Part shown: positions 39,837 to 50,382 of the stretch, piece after piece
Position numbering within the stretch: position 1 is the first letter of the stretch
Layout of the letters: each line of letters opens with the position of its first letter
Assembly (NCBI GenBank): GCA_017631435.1
Contig: JAGBTG010000042.1
Span: 16,028 to 80,027 of the forward strand
Direction of reading: 5' to 3'
Length of the DNA: 64,000 nucleotides
Origin: Bacteroidales bacterium
GTDB lineage: Bacteria > Bacteroidota > Bacteroidia > Bacteroidales > UBA932
Translations under genes and position numbers: made by a program
Notes under the pieces: model-generated
What the model was told of the DNA's origin: nothing
The model's database searches: none
What the model saw: only the letters and a program-made list of their open reading frames with translations

Positions 39837-41297
39837 TCAGTTTTTTGCCTCCTTCTGCATCATGAAGGATTCTTTTATTATCTCTTTGTCGTCGAGGTGG
39901 TGTTTCACTCCACCTATTATCTGGTAATCTTCGTGTCCTTTACCGGCTACAAGGATGATTGATCCCGGTTTTGCGGTAAGGATTGCGGTGCGGATAGCCT
40001 CGGTCCTGTCGGGAATAAAAAGGGATTTTGCTTTTCCTTTTATGTCCATTCCGGCCTTTATGTCTGCAATGATTTCCAATGGGTCCTCAAATCTTGGGTT
40101 GTCTGAGGTAACTATCACCCTGCCGGCATATTTTGTTGCTATGGCTCCCATTTCAGGCCTCTTGGTTTTGTCCCTGTTGCCTCCGCATCCGAATACGCAT
40201 ACAAGGTCTCCCTGAGGCTCCAGCTCCTGAAGTGTCTTGAGAACATTTTCAAGGGCATCTGGTGTGTGGGCGTAGTCCACTGCTGCAATGATGTCGTCCT
40301 CTCCCTTGAAGTACTCAAGCCTTCCCGCTACAGACTGAAGCCTGCTCATTGCTGTTATTGTCTCCTCCTCCTTGGCTCCCAACAGCATTGCAGTTCCGTA
40401 TACTGCTGTAAGGTTTGCCGCATTGTGGGTTCCTATGAACCTGCACCATACCTCGGTGCCGTTTATGTTGAGGAGCATTCCCTCAATGGTTTTCTCCAAA
40501 ATCTTAACCCTGTAATCTGCCCAGTTGCGGCATGAGTATGTGCTTATGGTTGCCTTGGTGTTTTGTACCATCACCTCACCGTTGCGGTCGTCTATGTTTG
40601 TAAGGGCGAATGCATCAGGTGCAAGGTTGTCAAACAGCTTTTTCTTGCTTGCAAGGTAGTTTGCAAAGGTCTTGTGGTAATCCAGGTGATCGTGTGTGAG
40701 GTTTGTGAATACCGCACCGGTAAAGTGTATCCCCTCGGTCCTCTGCTGGTCTATTGCGTGGGAACTTGCCTCCATAAAGCAGAACTCGCATCCCTCGTCA
40801 GCCATCTGGGCCAGAAGGCGGTTGAGTTCCAGCGGTCCTGGAGTGGTATTTATAGTTTCGTATCTCTTCTCCCCAACATAGTTTGCAATTGTAGAGAGCA
40901 GTCCGCAGGAGTATCCCAACATTGTAAACAGCTGGTAAAGCAGGGTTGCAATGGAGGTTTTGCCGTTTGTGCCGGTTACCGCTACAACCCTCAGCTTCTC
41001 CGATGGATTGCCATAATGGTTTGCAGCTATTGTGGCACATGCCTTGCGGCTCTCCTTAATTAGAATGAATTCAGCTTTCCCCTGTACATCTGCAGGAATC
41101 TCTTCGCATATGATATGTGATGCACCGTTCTCAATAGCCTTATTGATATAGGTGTGGCCATCTGTGTCGGCACCCCTTACTGCAATGAAAAGCGAACCCT
41201 TTGAGCATGAACGCGAATCACAGCTTATATGTCCAATCTCTGCCTCTTTGAACGGTGAGCAAAGTTCCACATTATGTAACAGTCTGCTTAGTTTCAT
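39837..41297 (-). CDS. murE: UDP-N-acetylmuramoyl-tripeptide synthetase (MurE)
   Basis: Motifs TGTNGKTS and DYAHTPDAL. Confidence 0.95.
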   Translation of the reverse strand: MKLSRLLHNVELCSPFKEAEIGHISCDSRSCSKGSLFIAVRGADTDGHTYINKAIENGASHIICEEIPADVQGKAEFILIKESRKACATIAANHYGNPSEKLRVVAVTGTNGKTSIATLLYQLFTMLGYSCGLLSTIANYVGEKRYETINTTPGPLELNRLLAQMADEGCEFCFMEASSHAIDQQRTEGIHFTGAVFTNLTHDHLDYHKTFANYLASKKKLFDNLAPDAFALTNIDDRNGEVMVQNTKATISTYSCRNWADYRVKILEKTIEGMLLNINGTEVWCRFIGTHNAANLTAVYGTAMLLGAKEEETITAMSRLQSVAGRLEYFKGEDDIIAAVDYAHTPDALENVLKTLQELEPQGDLVCVFGCGGNRDKTKRPEMGAIATKYAGRVIVTSDNPRFEDPLEIIADIKAGMDIKGKAKSLFIPDRTEAIRTAILTAKPGSIILVAGKGHEDYQIIGGVKHHLDDKEIIKESFMMQKEAKN

Positions 41298-43411
41298 TTT
41301 TCCTTAAGTATAAGTCTTACAGTTGTACCCCTTTCAAGTTTGGTTCCGGCTGCCGGCTCCTGGCTCACAACCTTTCCGTACCCCTCAAACGTTACGTTAT
41401 ATCCGTTGTTCTCCAAAAGATACACGGCATCCTTGAGTCCCATATTCACAACATTGGCAAGGGAGTCGTTGTCTGTAGGGTAGTTCATTGCCAAAAGCCT
41501 TCCGGTGGAATCCTTTTTGAATTTTGCCCATCCCGACGAATTGTTCTCCCTTATGTCAATCTTGTCATATTCAATACCCAATTCGGCCATAACCTTGTTT
41601 TGGGCATCCATCCTTCCTGTTGCAATGTCTGGTCTGCTGCCACATTTTTTCTTTCCGTCGAGAACAGGCTCCCAGTCATTGCTGGTAGAGTATATGTGGT
41701 CTGCAATCTGTTTGAAAACCGGACCTGCCCAGCTTCCGCCGTAGAAGTTTCCTCTGGTTTCTCCCGAGTACAGAACCACTATTGCCGAGTATTTGGGGTT
41801 GTCAGCAGGGAAGAATCCTGCAAATGATGCCTGATATCTCCTGAATCCGTTCTTCTCGTATCCTATCTTGCCTCCAAATGCTATACGGGATGTTCCGGTC
41901 TTTCCGCCAATCTTGTATTTGTCGTTTCTCATGAATTTTCCGGTACCAACCTCAACCACGTGCATCAGGGCTTTTCTTGCTTCCCTTGCTGTCTCCTTTG
42001 AACAGATTGAACCGCTCATCTCCTGTGGTCCGAAATCCTTTACAACCTCTCCATTCTCCTGATAATTCTCAATAAAGTACGGTTTCATCATCTTTCCGTC
42101 ATTTGCAATGGCGTTGTAGAATGTGAGTGTATGCAGTGGAGTAAGCAGTGTTGCATAGCCTATGGCCATTGATGAAAGGCTTGATCTGCTCCACATTGCA
42201 TCTCCAGGACCATAAATTGATGCACGGGCCTCTCCCTGTATATCAAGATTGAACCTCTCTCCAACCTTCATGCTGTTAAGACGGTCTACATATTGCTGCT
42301 CCTTTCCCTCGTAGTAATGTGTGGCAAGCTTTGCAAAAGCCACATTTGAAGATTTTGCAAGGGCTGTCTTCACATCCATCATTCCGTAGGCATGGGTATC
42401 TGAATATGTGTGTCCGCCGTAGCTCCATTTGCCGTTGCCGCCGTCTATAGGATCGTCAAGTGTAACATGGCCGTCTTCAAGCAGTGCCACAAGTGTCATG
42501 AGTTTGAAAACTGAACCAGGCTCTGTTGCATCTCCAATTGCGTAGTTGTATGATTCATCATAGCCGTTACCCATCTTTTTCATATTGGCAATGGCTCTCA
42601 CTGCACCTGTTGCAACTTCCATCACTATGGCTGTACCACCCTCAATGTTCATACCTTTGGCAAGCTGCTCCCTCAAGGCCTTTTCTGCCGCCTCCTGAAT
42701 CTCAATGTCAATGGTGGTCTGGATGTCATATCCGTCTTTTGGGGCTACACCCTCCACACCCGTTACCGGTCTCCACTCGCCGCCAAGCATCTTCTGGATT
42801 GTCTGTTTGCCGGGGGTTCCCTTGAGGTAATAATCGCAGGTTCCCTCAATGCCTACACCAACACCCTCAGTGTTGATGAAACCTATTGTCCTGTAGGCAA
42901 GCCTGCCGTACGGGTTGTTCCTCTTGTATTTCTGCTCAACAATTATGCCGCCCCTGTTTGCGCCAAGCCTGAAGATGGGGAACTTCTTTATCTCGGCAAG
43001 TTCTGCGTAATCTACAAGCCTGTTGCCTATAGTCTTGTATCTCTTGCCCTCTTTTCTGGCCTTTACAAGTTCCTTCTTGTACTCGGAAGCTTTCTTGTTC
43101 TTGTAGAATGATGCAAGCGACTGGCTCAATGCATCAATATATTTGCTGAATGTATCCGGGTTTGATACGGTACAGTCCATCCTTATCTGGTAGTACGGCA
43201 CAGATGTGGCCATAGGCCTGCCGTCTCTGGCAAGGATGTCTCCCCTTATGGCTTCAATTGTCTCCTCCTTGTAGGCAATGTCCACCGCTTTTGTATCTGT
43301 AGGGTTGATAAACTGCAAATAGACAATCTTGCCCACAACAGCCACTGCTATGAGTACAAACAGCTTATAAAGCAAAGCCATATTTTTGAATATTCCGTCT
43401 ATCTTTTCCAT
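41294..43411 (-). CDS. ftsI: Penicillin-binding protein (FtsI-type transpeptidase) with a C-terminal PASTA domain
   Basis: Active-site motifs SVFK, SSN and KTGT. A PASTA-like tail is present (GLKDAVYLLENNGYNV...). Overlaps murE by 4 nt. Confidence 0.93.
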   Translation of the reverse strand: MEKIDGIFKNMALLYKLFVLIAVAVVGKIVYLQFINPTDTKAVDIAYKEETIEAIRGDILARDGRPMATSVPYYQIRMDCTVSNPDTFSKYIDALSQSLASFYKNKKASEYKKELVKARKEGKRYKTIGNRLVDYAELAEIKKFPIFRLGANRGGIIVEQKYKRNNPYGRLAYRTIGFINTEGVGVGIEGTCDYYLKGTPGKQTIQKMLGGEWRPVTGVEGVAPKDGYDIQTTIDIEIQEAAEKALREQLAKGMNIEGGTAIVMEVATGAVRAIANMKKMGNGYDESYNYAIGDATEPGSVFKLMTLVALLEDGHVTLDDPIDGGNGKWSYGGHTYSDTHAYGMMDVKTALAKSSNVAFAKLATHYYEGKEQQYVDRLNSMKVGERFNLDIQGEARASIYGPGDAMWSRSSLSSMAIGYATLLTPLHTLTFYNAIANDGKMMKPYFIENYQENGEVVKDFGPQEMSGSICSKETAREARKALMHVVEVGTGKFMRNDKYKIGGKTGTSRIAFGGKIGYEKNGFRRYQASFAGFFPADNPKYSAIVVLYSGETRGNFYGGSWAGPVFKQIADHIYSTSNDWEPVLDGKKKCGSRPDIATGRMDAQNKVMAELGIEYDKIDIRENNSSGWAKFKKDSTGRLLAMNYPTDNDSLANVVNMGLKDAVYLLENNGYNVTFEGYGKVVSQEPAAGTKLERGTTVRLILKEK

Positions 43412-43758
43412 TACTTGTGTCTTTTTGCCAGTTTAACAGCCTTGGCTGGGGTTACCGGTTTGTATAATGATGAGTTGTGCTCTTTCAGCCTCTCTTCAAC
43501 CTCGTTCCTTTTGCTCAAATATTGGAGTCTTGCAGCCTTGGCAGTGTAGTCTGCCTTAAGGTTCTTCAGCTCCCTCTGGTTGCGTCTCATTGTCATCTGG
43601 GTCTTCTCTACACCCAGGTTTATTGAGATGAACGCTATGGTGAGAACAAACAGATATATAATGAAATATTGGTCAACCGTCTTTAACCTGTTCAAGATCT
43701 GGCCGCCCAATATATCACTTGCAAAATTTATTCTGCGTTTTTCCGTATTGTTCTCCAT
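43411..43758 (-). CDS. ftsL: FtsL-like cell division protein
   Basis: Small bitopic protein with a TM followed by a coiled coil, located between rsmH and ftsI. Confidence 0.75.
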   Translation of the reverse strand: MENNTEKRRINFASDILGGQILNRLKTVDQYFIIYLFVLTIAFISINLGVEKTQMTMRRNQRELKNLKADYTAKAARLQYLSKRNEVEERLKEHNSSLYKPVTPAKAVKLAKRHK

Positions 43759-43765
43759 TATTCCG

Positions 43766-44686
43766 TTATTCTTTTTCTGTCAGTTCCGCTATTCTCAGTT
43801 TGGCGCTTCTGCTCCTTGTATTTGAGGATATCTCTTCTTCGGCAGGCAGTATGGGTTTCCTGTTTACCTGCGTAAAAGGGGAGAGGCTCCTTCCATAAAA
43901 ATCCTTCTCCTCATTGCCCTGGATATTTCCTGCCTTTATGAAGTTCTTCACCATCCTGTCCTCAAGCGAGTGGTATGTTATTACAGAGAGTCTTCCCTGT
44001 GGTTTCAGGCAGGCCAGCGTGCCGTTGAGAAAATCTTCAAGTGCCCTCATCTCCATGTTCACCTCAATCCTCAAGGCCTGGTAAAGTTTTGCAAGAAACT
44101 TGTGCTCATTGAAACTGTTGTAAAGTTTGGCTACAGCCTTGCTCAAGTCTCCAGTTGTTTCAATAGGGGCATTCTCCCTTGCCTTGCATATCATCTCGGC
44201 TGCTTTCCAAGGCTTGTCAAGCTCGCCGTATATCTTGAATATGTTGCTCAGTTCCTCCTGGGAATATGTGTTCACCACATCTGCAGCGCTTTTTCCCCCA
44301 AGTTGGTTCATCCTCATGTCGAGCGGGGCATCAAACCTGAAAGAGAATCCTCTCTCTCCTGTGTCAAACTGGTGTGATGAAACTCCAAGGTCTGCAAGGA
44401 TGCCGTCAACTTTTCCAATGAATCCCAAAGCCCTCACAAAATTCTGTACAAATCTGAAGTTGTTGTGCACAAGTATCAGCCTTTTGTCCTTTGGTGCATT
44501 TTTTATGGCATCGCTGTCCCTGTCAAAAGCTATGAGCTTTCCTTTTGGGCCCAATCTTTCCAATATCTCGCGGCTGTGTCCGCCTCCTCCAAAAGTGGCG
44601 TCTACAAACACTCCGTTCCTGTTTTCCTCAATATTGAGGGCAGAAACGCTCTCATTCAGTAATACCGGTACGTGATACTGTGACAT
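43766..44686 (-). CDS. rsmH: 16S rRNA (cytosine1402-N4)-methyltransferase
   Basis: Motifs HVPVLLNE and DATFGGGGHS. Confidence 0.95.
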   Translation of the reverse strand: MSQYHVPVLLNESVSALNIEENRNGVFVDATFGGGGHSREILERLGPKGKLIAFDRDSDAIKNAPKDKRLILVHNNFRFVQNFVRALGFIGKVDGILADLGVSSHQFDTGERGFSFRFDAPLDMRMNQLGGKSAADVVNTYSQEELSNIFKIYGELDKPWKAAEMICKARENAPIETTGDLSKAVAKLYNSFNEHKFLAKLYQALRIEVNMEMRALEDFLNGTLACLKPQGRLSVITYHSLEDRMVKNFIKAGNIQGNEEKDFYGRSLSPFTQVNRKPILPAEEEISSNTRSRSAKLRIAELTEKE

Positions 44687-44718
44687 TGTGCTGTTCTTTT
44701 ACTGGGTTAATGTTTTTC

Positions 44719-45165
44719 TTAACCCAAAATGCTTTGGGCAAGTGCAATGAATTCATCTGAACTCATCTGTTTCTGGTTGTACTTCTCCTTGCTCCAGATT
44801 TCAATCTTGTGGTCGTTGCCCACAAAGATCATCTCCTTCTGGGCCCCTATGCTTGAAAGCATCTTTTTGGGAATGGTGATCCTTCCAAGTTTTTCATCCG
44901 GCTCAACAACCGCCCTGTCCCTCATGTATTCCCTCCAGAACTCTGCATGCTCTCTCCTGAAGAAATTGAGCTTTGCCTTTACCTGGTCCGACTCCTCCTC
45001 CCACTGGCTGTAGGTGAACATCTGAAGACACTCCTCAAACATATCCTTCTTCACTACCAACGCAATTTTCTCGTCGGGAGCAAAAGCAGACTTGAAGGCA
45101 GAGGGGAAAATCATTCTCCCTTTGTCATCAATTTTTACGCTGTATTCTCCTATGAATTTTGCCAT
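44719..45165 (-). CDS. mraZ: Transcriptional regulator MraZ
   Basis: Two SpoVT/AbrB-like halves (DDKGRMIFP, KLGRITIP). First gene of the dcw cluster. Confidence 0.93.
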   Translation of the reverse strand: MAKFIGEYSVKIDDKGRMIFPSAFKSAFAPDEKIALVVKKDMFEECLQMFTYSQWEEESDQVKAKLNFFRREHAEFWREYMRDRAVVEPDEKLGRITIPKKMLSSIGAQKEMIFVGNDHKIEIWSKEKYNQKQMSSDEFIALAQSILG

Positions 45166-45200
45166 TGGTCCTTCTTTTTTTTATAAAGTGACGGTTGATG

Positions 45201-45208
45201 CAAAAATA
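45201..45208 (-). promoter_or_regulatory. Bacteroidota-type -7 promoter box for mraZ/dcw
   Basis: TATTTTTG on the minus strand, 35 nt upstream of ATG 45165, with a TTTG about 22 nt further upstream. Confidence 0.35.
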
Positions 45209-45344
45209 CAACACTTTCTCCATATATTTCCAAAATTTTCCACTTTTTTACACAAAATTATCAACAATTTAAAAATGAGGCTTATCTTTACATTCCCGAC
45301 AGGGATAAAACAGATTTGACCAATCATATAAAGAGGAATTTGCC

Positions 45345-46592
45345 ATGAGGTTTCTATCACTGATTTCAGTATTTATGTTTATTGTAAGTTGTTCTTCATC
45401 AATTGGTAATGAAGGTGGTCCGGCAGCAGGGGAAACTGCGCAGAAGCAACTTAAGTACGGTCTGGAGGCCGACAAGTATTTCATAGAACCGGGAGAGGTG
45501 AAAAAGGGTGACTTTTTTGGCACAATCATGGAGGATTGCGGAGTTGGGGCAAGTGGGGTGCAGCCCATCATTCAGGCGAGCAGGAACGTGTTCGACCTTA
45601 CCAAAATAAGGCTTGGCAACAGGTATGAGATTTTTAGGGAAAAGGATTCATCCGGTGCAGCGGCATTCTTTGTGTATGAACTTGACAATATCAGTTCTGT
45701 GGTGGTGTCATTAAAGGATTCCATATATGCATATATCAGCAAAAAAGAGGTGGAGCCGGTGCTCAAGAAAGCCCAGGTGACCATTTCAACATCTTTGTGG
45801 AACGATGTGCAGAGAGCCGGTATCCCGGCAATGATGGCCCTCAAGCTTTCCGATGTCTATGATTGTACAATAGATTTCTTTGGCCTGCAGAGCGGGGACT
45901 CGTTTGAGGTGATGTATGAGGAGTTGCAGCATAATGGGGAATATATGGGGTTGGGAAACATATACTATGCAGAGTTCATGCATGTCGGCAAACAATATAA
46001 GGCGGTGAGGTTCAATGCCGGGGAGAACAGCAGCATGTACTGGAACGAAAAGGGTGAGAGCATGAAGAAGGCCTTCCTAAAAGCCCCTTTGAATTTTACA
46101 AGAATCAGTTCAAGATTTACATATGCCCGCAAACATCCGGTGTTGAGGATTGTACGCCCCCATACAGGTGTGGATTATGCAGCACCTAGCGGTACTCCGG
46201 TAGTGGCGCTTGGAGACGGAGTGGTAACCCACAGGGGGTGGGCCGGAGGTGGCGGAAATACCATAAAGATCAAGCATCCCGGCAATTATGTCACATCATA
46301 CATGCACCTCAAAGGGTATGCAAAAGGGATAGTGAAAGGGAGCCGTGTAACCCGCGGGCAACTTATCGGATATGTGGGAAGTACCGGACTTTCTACAGGC
46401 CCTCATCTGGATTTCAGAGTATACAAGAACGGCAAGCCGATTGATCCTTTGAAGATGGAGAGCCCAAGCGTGGAGCCTGTATCCAAAGAAAAAATGCCCG
46501 AGTTCCGCGCCCAAATGGAAAGATATGCATTCCAGATGGACAGTCTTGGAACAATGGGGCATTTCTACAGATATCTCAATATCCTCAAATAA
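45345..46592 (+). CDS. M23 family metallopeptidase
   Basis: Signal peptide/lipobox, HTGVDYAAPSGTPV and GSTGLSTGPHLDF motifs. Confidence 0.9.
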   Translation: MRFLSLISVFMFIVSCSSSIGNEGGPAAGETAQKQLKYGLEADKYFIEPGEVKKGDFFGTIMEDCGVGASGVQPIIQASRNVFDLTKIRLGNRYEIFREKDSSGAAAFFVYELDNISSVVVSLKDSIYAYISKKEVEPVLKKAQVTISTSLWNDVQRAGIPAMMALKLSDVYDCTIDFFGLQSGDSFEVMYEELQHNGEYMGLGNIYYAEFMHVGKQYKAVRFNAGENSSMYWNEKGESMKKAFLKAPLNFTRISSRFTYARKHPVLRIVRPHTGVDYAAPSGTPVVALGDGVVTHRGWAGGGGNTIKIKHPGNYVTSYMHLKGYAKGIVKGSRVTRGQLIGYVGSTGLSTGPHLDFRVYKNGKPIDPLKMESPSVEPVSKEKMPEFRAQMERYAFQMDSLGTMGHFYRYLNILK

Positions 46593-46605
46593 TATTTTGG
46601 AATAA

Positions 46606-47241
46606 CTATTTCTTGCGGATAAGGTTCATTCCGTCCCTCAGTGGGAGAATCACATTTTCAACCCTGGGGTCATCTTTTACCATTTGGTTGAAACGGATGA
46701 TTCCCTGGGTTTGGGCATCTTGCGGCACAGGCTCCTGATACACCTTGCCGTCCCACAATACATTGTCTGCCAGGATGTAGCCGCCCGATGGAACCATGTC
46801 AAAAACCAGGTTGTAATACTCCGGGTACTCCCTCTTGTTTGCATCAATGAACACAAGATCGTACATTTTCCCCTCCTGTTTCAGCTTCCCGACAGTCTCC
46901 TTTGCATCACCGAAATGCATGGTAATCCTGTCCTGTAGCCCGGCCTTCTCATGAGCCTGCAGAATAAGGTCCTCAAGTTCATCGTTCAACTCCAGTGAAT
47001 CCAGATGCCCGTCTTCCTTCAGTCCCCTTGCAAGGCAGATGGCCGAGTAGCCGGTAAAGGCACCTATCTCAAGGATGTTCTTTGGGCGGATCATTCCGCT
47101 TATCATTTCAATAAGTTTCCCCTCCACAGGGCCACAAAGCATTCTTGCGTGGTTGGTTCTCAGATTGGTCTGTTTCTGAAGCCACTGCAATACAGGATCC
47201 TGCTCCTGTGAGAAATTCAAAAGATATTCGTTAAGGTTCAT
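46606..47241 (-). CDS. Class I SAM-dependent O-methyltransferase (caffeoyl-CoA OMT-like)
   Basis: Motifs LEIGAFTGYSAICLA and FIDANKREY. The ATG at 47241 is preferred because the track start at 47286 overlaps the upstream gene. Confidence 0.85.
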   Translation of the reverse strand: MNLNEYLLNFSQEQDPVLQWLQKQTNLRTNHARMLCGPVEGKLIEMISGMIRPKNILEIGAFTGYSAICLARGLKEDGHLDSLELNDELEDLILQAHEKAGLQDRITMHFGDAKETVGKLKQEGKMYDLVFIDANKREYPEYYNLVFDMVPSGGYILADNVLWDGKVYQEPVPQDAQTQGIIRFNQMVKDDPRVENVILPLRDGMNLIRKK

Positions 47242-47252
47242 TGTTCTTGATG

Positions 47253-48512
47253 TTAATTGTAAATTAGGGTACTCATCCTGTCCCATGAGAGGATCTCCCT
47301 GGCTACCTCCTGAAGCTCTTGGGCTGTGATGGATTCAATTTTCTGTCTCATCTGCTCAAATGAACTTATCTTGCCGTAAACCAGCAGCGATTTTCCCATA
47401 GAAAGGCACTGTGCCTCCGCATTGTCCTGGGCAATTGAGAGTTGTCCAATGAGCTGCTTTTTTGCAGCTTTGAGTGCAGCAGGTGAGAGCGGGGTCTCCA
47501 CAAGCTTGTCAAGCTCCTTCTTTATAAGTCCAAGACACTTGTCAATGTCTTCCTTGTCGCATCCGAAGTAGATGCTGAAGATTCCGGTATCGGAGTAGGG
47601 GGTGTATACCGCCTCCACGTTGTATACAAGGCCGTGCTTTTCCCTCAGGGACATGTTCAGTCTTGAGCCTGAAGCGGGGCCTCCAAGAATATTGGTAAGG
47701 AGCGATAACTGTATCCTCTTGCCTGTGTATGTGCTGTATGCACGGCATCCCACAATGCAGTGTCCCTGGTGGCTCTTTTTGCCTGCAACCTTGTGGAATG
47801 GGGGTGCATCAGGCAAGGTGCTGTCGGGATTAAGGAGAGATGGCCTGTTGGAAGGCATTCCCTCCTCAATTATCTCAAGTCCAATGCTTTCCCCGTAGTA
47901 TTTGGCTGCTGATTTCTTTACAAGCTCCACCACTTTCCTTTTTGATGTGGCCCCTACAGCGGTAAAAACCATGTTGCTTGGGGTGAAAAAGCGTCTGTTG
48001 TACTCCTGCATTATCTGCGAGTTTATCTTCTTGAGGGTTTTCTTCTCTCCAAGAATCTGCATCTGAAGGGGGTGCCCCTCAAACAGCAGCTGCTCAAAAT
48101 GTTCGTAGATGCAGTCTGCGGGGATGTCCTTGTATGAGACAATCTCCTCTATGATCACATCCCTCTCCTTCTCCAGTTCCTTCTGGGGGAAAGTTGAGGT
48201 GAAGGCCAGCTCCATAAGGAGGTCTATGGCTTTTGGAAGGTCCTCTCCCAAAACTGTAGTGTGCAGGACCGTCTCCTCTTTTGTGGTATATGCATTCAGC
48301 TCTCCTCCAACCCTTTCCAGAGCATTGTTGATGCTGCTTGCCTTCCTTTTGAGCGTTCCTTTAAAGAACATGTGCTCGGTAAAATGGGCCAGTCCGTTGT
48401 ATGCAGGATCTTCATCTCTGGTGCCGCATTTTGCAGATAGGGCGCAATATGCAACCGGTGAGCTGGTCTGTTTGAATGCAATTCTCAATATATTGTTTTT
48501 TGTACTCTCCAT
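47253..48512 (-). CDS. M16 (pitrilysin) family peptidase
   Basis: Inverted zinc motif HFTEH plus the M16 N- and C-domains. Confidence 0.88.
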   Translation of the reverse strand: MESTKNNILRIAFKQTSSPVAYCALSAKCGTRDEDPAYNGLAHFTEHMFFKGTLKRKASSINNALERVGGELNAYTTKEETVLHTTVLGEDLPKAIDLLMELAFTSTFPQKELEKERDVIIEEIVSYKDIPADCIYEHFEQLLFEGHPLQMQILGEKKTLKKINSQIMQEYNRRFFTPSNMVFTAVGATSKRKVVELVKKSAAKYYGESIGLEIIEEGMPSNRPSLLNPDSTLPDAPPFHKVAGKKSHQGHCIVGCRAYSTYTGKRIQLSLLTNILGGPASGSRLNMSLREKHGLVYNVEAVYTPYSDTGIFSIYFGCDKEDIDKCLGLIKKELDKLVETPLSPAALKAAKKQLIGQLSIAQDNAEAQCLSMGKSLLVYGKISSFEQMRQKIESITAQELQEVAREILSWDRMSTLIYN

Positions 48513-48564
48513 AGCGTTATAAAAATCTCTGCAAAATTAGAAATTATTCGTATTTTTGTAGATT

Positions 48565-50379
48565 ATGGAGAAATTTATAGTATCGGCACGCAAATACAGG
48601 CCAAACAACTTTTTGAGCCTGGTTGGACAGGACAGCATAGCTGTAACACTGAAGAACTCTATAAAGAGAGACCAGTTGGCGCATGCATATCTGTTCTGCG
48701 GTCCAAGGGGTGTTGGAAAAACCTCTACGGCCAGAATATTTGCAAAGACAATCAACTGTATGAATCCTGGTGCAGACCTGGAGCCTTGTGGGGAGTGTGA
48801 ATCATGTTTGTCATTTGCCCAGGGCCGTTCATACTGTATCCATGAACTCGATGCGGCATCAAACAACTCTGTAGACGATATCAGGCTTCTTACAGAGAAG
48901 GTTATGATTCCTCCGCAAATTGGCAAGTACAGCGTGTACATTATAGATGAGGTGCACATGCTCTCATCTGCAGCATTCAATGCCTTCCTCAAAACCCTTG
49001 AGGAACCACCTGCACACGCAATCTTCATCCTTGCCACAACAGAGAAGCACAAAATCCTCCCGACAATTCTTTCACGTTGCCAGACATACGACTTCAACCG
49101 TATTTCTGTAGAGGATATTGTGAAGAACATCTCCTCAATTGCAAAGCAGGAAGGGGTGAAGATTGATCTTGAGTCCCTGCATGTGATTGCCCAGAAGGCA
49201 GACGGTGCAATGAGGGATGCCCTCACATTGTTCGACCAGTGTGTGGCATTCTGCGGAACGGAGATTGAGTATGCTTCAGTAATCAGAAACCTGAATGTGC
49301 TCGACCACGAGTACTATTTCAACATAATGGAGAGTGCCCTGTGCGGGAACTTTGCCAAGTCGCTGCTTTTATTTGACGAGATCCTTTCAAAGGGATTCAA
49401 TGCCCTTTATTTCATAACAGGATTGAGCTCACATTTGAGAAACCTGCTTGTGTGCAAGGATGCATCTACGGAGAAACTCCTTGAGATGGCTCCGGCTTTG
49501 GCCCAGAGATATAAGGACCAGAGTGCCAAGATGAGTGTACGATACATCTACGAGGCCCTTGGCCATACAGTAAAATGCGAGAGTGATTACAGGGCAAGCA
49601 GCAATCAGAGGCTTCTGGTAGAGTTTTTGCTTGTGAAACTGGCACAGGTGCAGCAGGCACAGGTGGCAGCAGCAGTGGCGCCGCAGACAGCGGCTCCTGT
49701 TCAGCAAGCGGCACCTGCGGCGTCATCCGGTTCACCGGCAGCAGCCCCTTCAATGTCAACTGCGGCACAGGTTGAGGTGGGGCAACCGGAGCAGGCAGCG
49801 GCAGTAGAGCCGGCAGCTGCACAGCAGGGTGAGGCAAAAGAGGCTGCCACTGCAACAAATGTGATTGCGGCATTGGGCTCAAAAGAGCCTGAGGTTCCGG
49901 CAGGAGAGAAGATTGTAAAGAAACCTCAAGGTGGAATTTCAATAAGCAGCATCATAAAGAAGGCTCAGAGTGTTCCAAAAACCCAGCAGCAGGAAACTGT
50001 AGCAGGGAATGAGCTTGTAACAATGGAGAAGCTTAAGGAGGCCTGGACAAAAATGGCCCAGACCCAGAGCCAGTATCCGAGACTTGCCACTGCAATAAAG
50101 CAGACCGAGCCTATACTTAAGGAGGACGGAGTTACAGTTGTGTTCAAGGTGGGCAACAGTGCCCAGCAGAGCTGGATAGAGAAGAACTCGTTGCCTCAAC
50201 TTATAGGGTTCCTGCAGAAGGAACTCAATAATGGCGAGGTGATGATTAAAGTTGAGGTGATTGAGGCTGCGCAGCAGAAAAAGGTTCCGTATACCGCATA
50301 TGAGAAGGCGGAACAGATGCGCAAAAATTACCCCCAAGTTGTAGAACTTACCAAAGATTTGGATTTAGACATTATTTAG
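48565..50379 (+). CDS. dnaX: DNA polymerase III subunit gamma/tau
   Basis: Walker A GPRGVGKTS, a zinc module CGECESC and SRCQ. An A/Q/P-rich linker precedes the tau-like C-terminus. Confidence 0.95.
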   Translation: MEKFIVSARKYRPNNFLSLVGQDSIAVTLKNSIKRDQLAHAYLFCGPRGVGKTSTARIFAKTINCMNPGADLEPCGECESCLSFAQGRSYCIHELDAASNNSVDDIRLLTEKVMIPPQIGKYSVYIIDEVHMLSSAAFNAFLKTLEEPPAHAIFILATTEKHKILPTILSRCQTYDFNRISVEDIVKNISSIAKQEGVKIDLESLHVIAQKADGAMRDALTLFDQCVAFCGTEIEYASVIRNLNVLDHEYYFNIMESALCGNFAKSLLLFDEILSKGFNALYFITGLSSHLRNLLVCKDASTEKLLEMAPALAQRYKDQSAKMSVRYIYEALGHTVKCESDYRASSNQRLLVEFLLVKLAQVQQAQVAAAVAPQTAAPVQQAAPAASSGSPAAAPSMSTAAQVEVGQPEQAAAVEPAAAQQGEAKEAATATNVIAALGSKEPEVPAGEKIVKKPQGGISISSIIKKAQSVPKTQQQETVAGNELVTMEKLKEAWTKMAQTQSQYPRLATAIKQTEPILKEDGVTVVFKVGNSAQQSWIEKNSLPQLIGFLQKELNNGEVMIKVEVIEAAQQKKVPYTAYEKAEQMRKNYPQVVELTKDLDLDII

Positions 50380-50382
50380 AAT

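Noticed and set aside
28433-45165. Absence of murF and ddl from the dcw cluster, and gltX lying 28 nt downstream of ftsZ with no visible terminator.
   Set aside because: From memory, a dcw cluster lacking murF and ddl is the usual Bacteroidota arrangement. The gltX adjacency is probably just operon read-through. Neither is unusual enough to report as a finding.
48537-49226. A 229-aa minus-strand ORF overlapping the 5' half of dnaX. Similar long antisense ORFs occur at 54377-55210, 28424-28990, 35272-35964, 8574-9161, 17157-17810 and 61366-61791.
   Set aside because: All lie antisense to genes with strong motif support and show no recognisable domains. They are typical shadow ORFs.
49600-49870. 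The A/Q/P-rich low-complexity segment of dnaX, and a possible programmed frameshift site producing a gamma subunit.
   Set aside because: No A-AAA-AAG-type slippery heptamer with a downstream structure was found in the relevant region. The only A-run (about 50275) is near the C-terminus. Low-complexity linkers are normal for tau.
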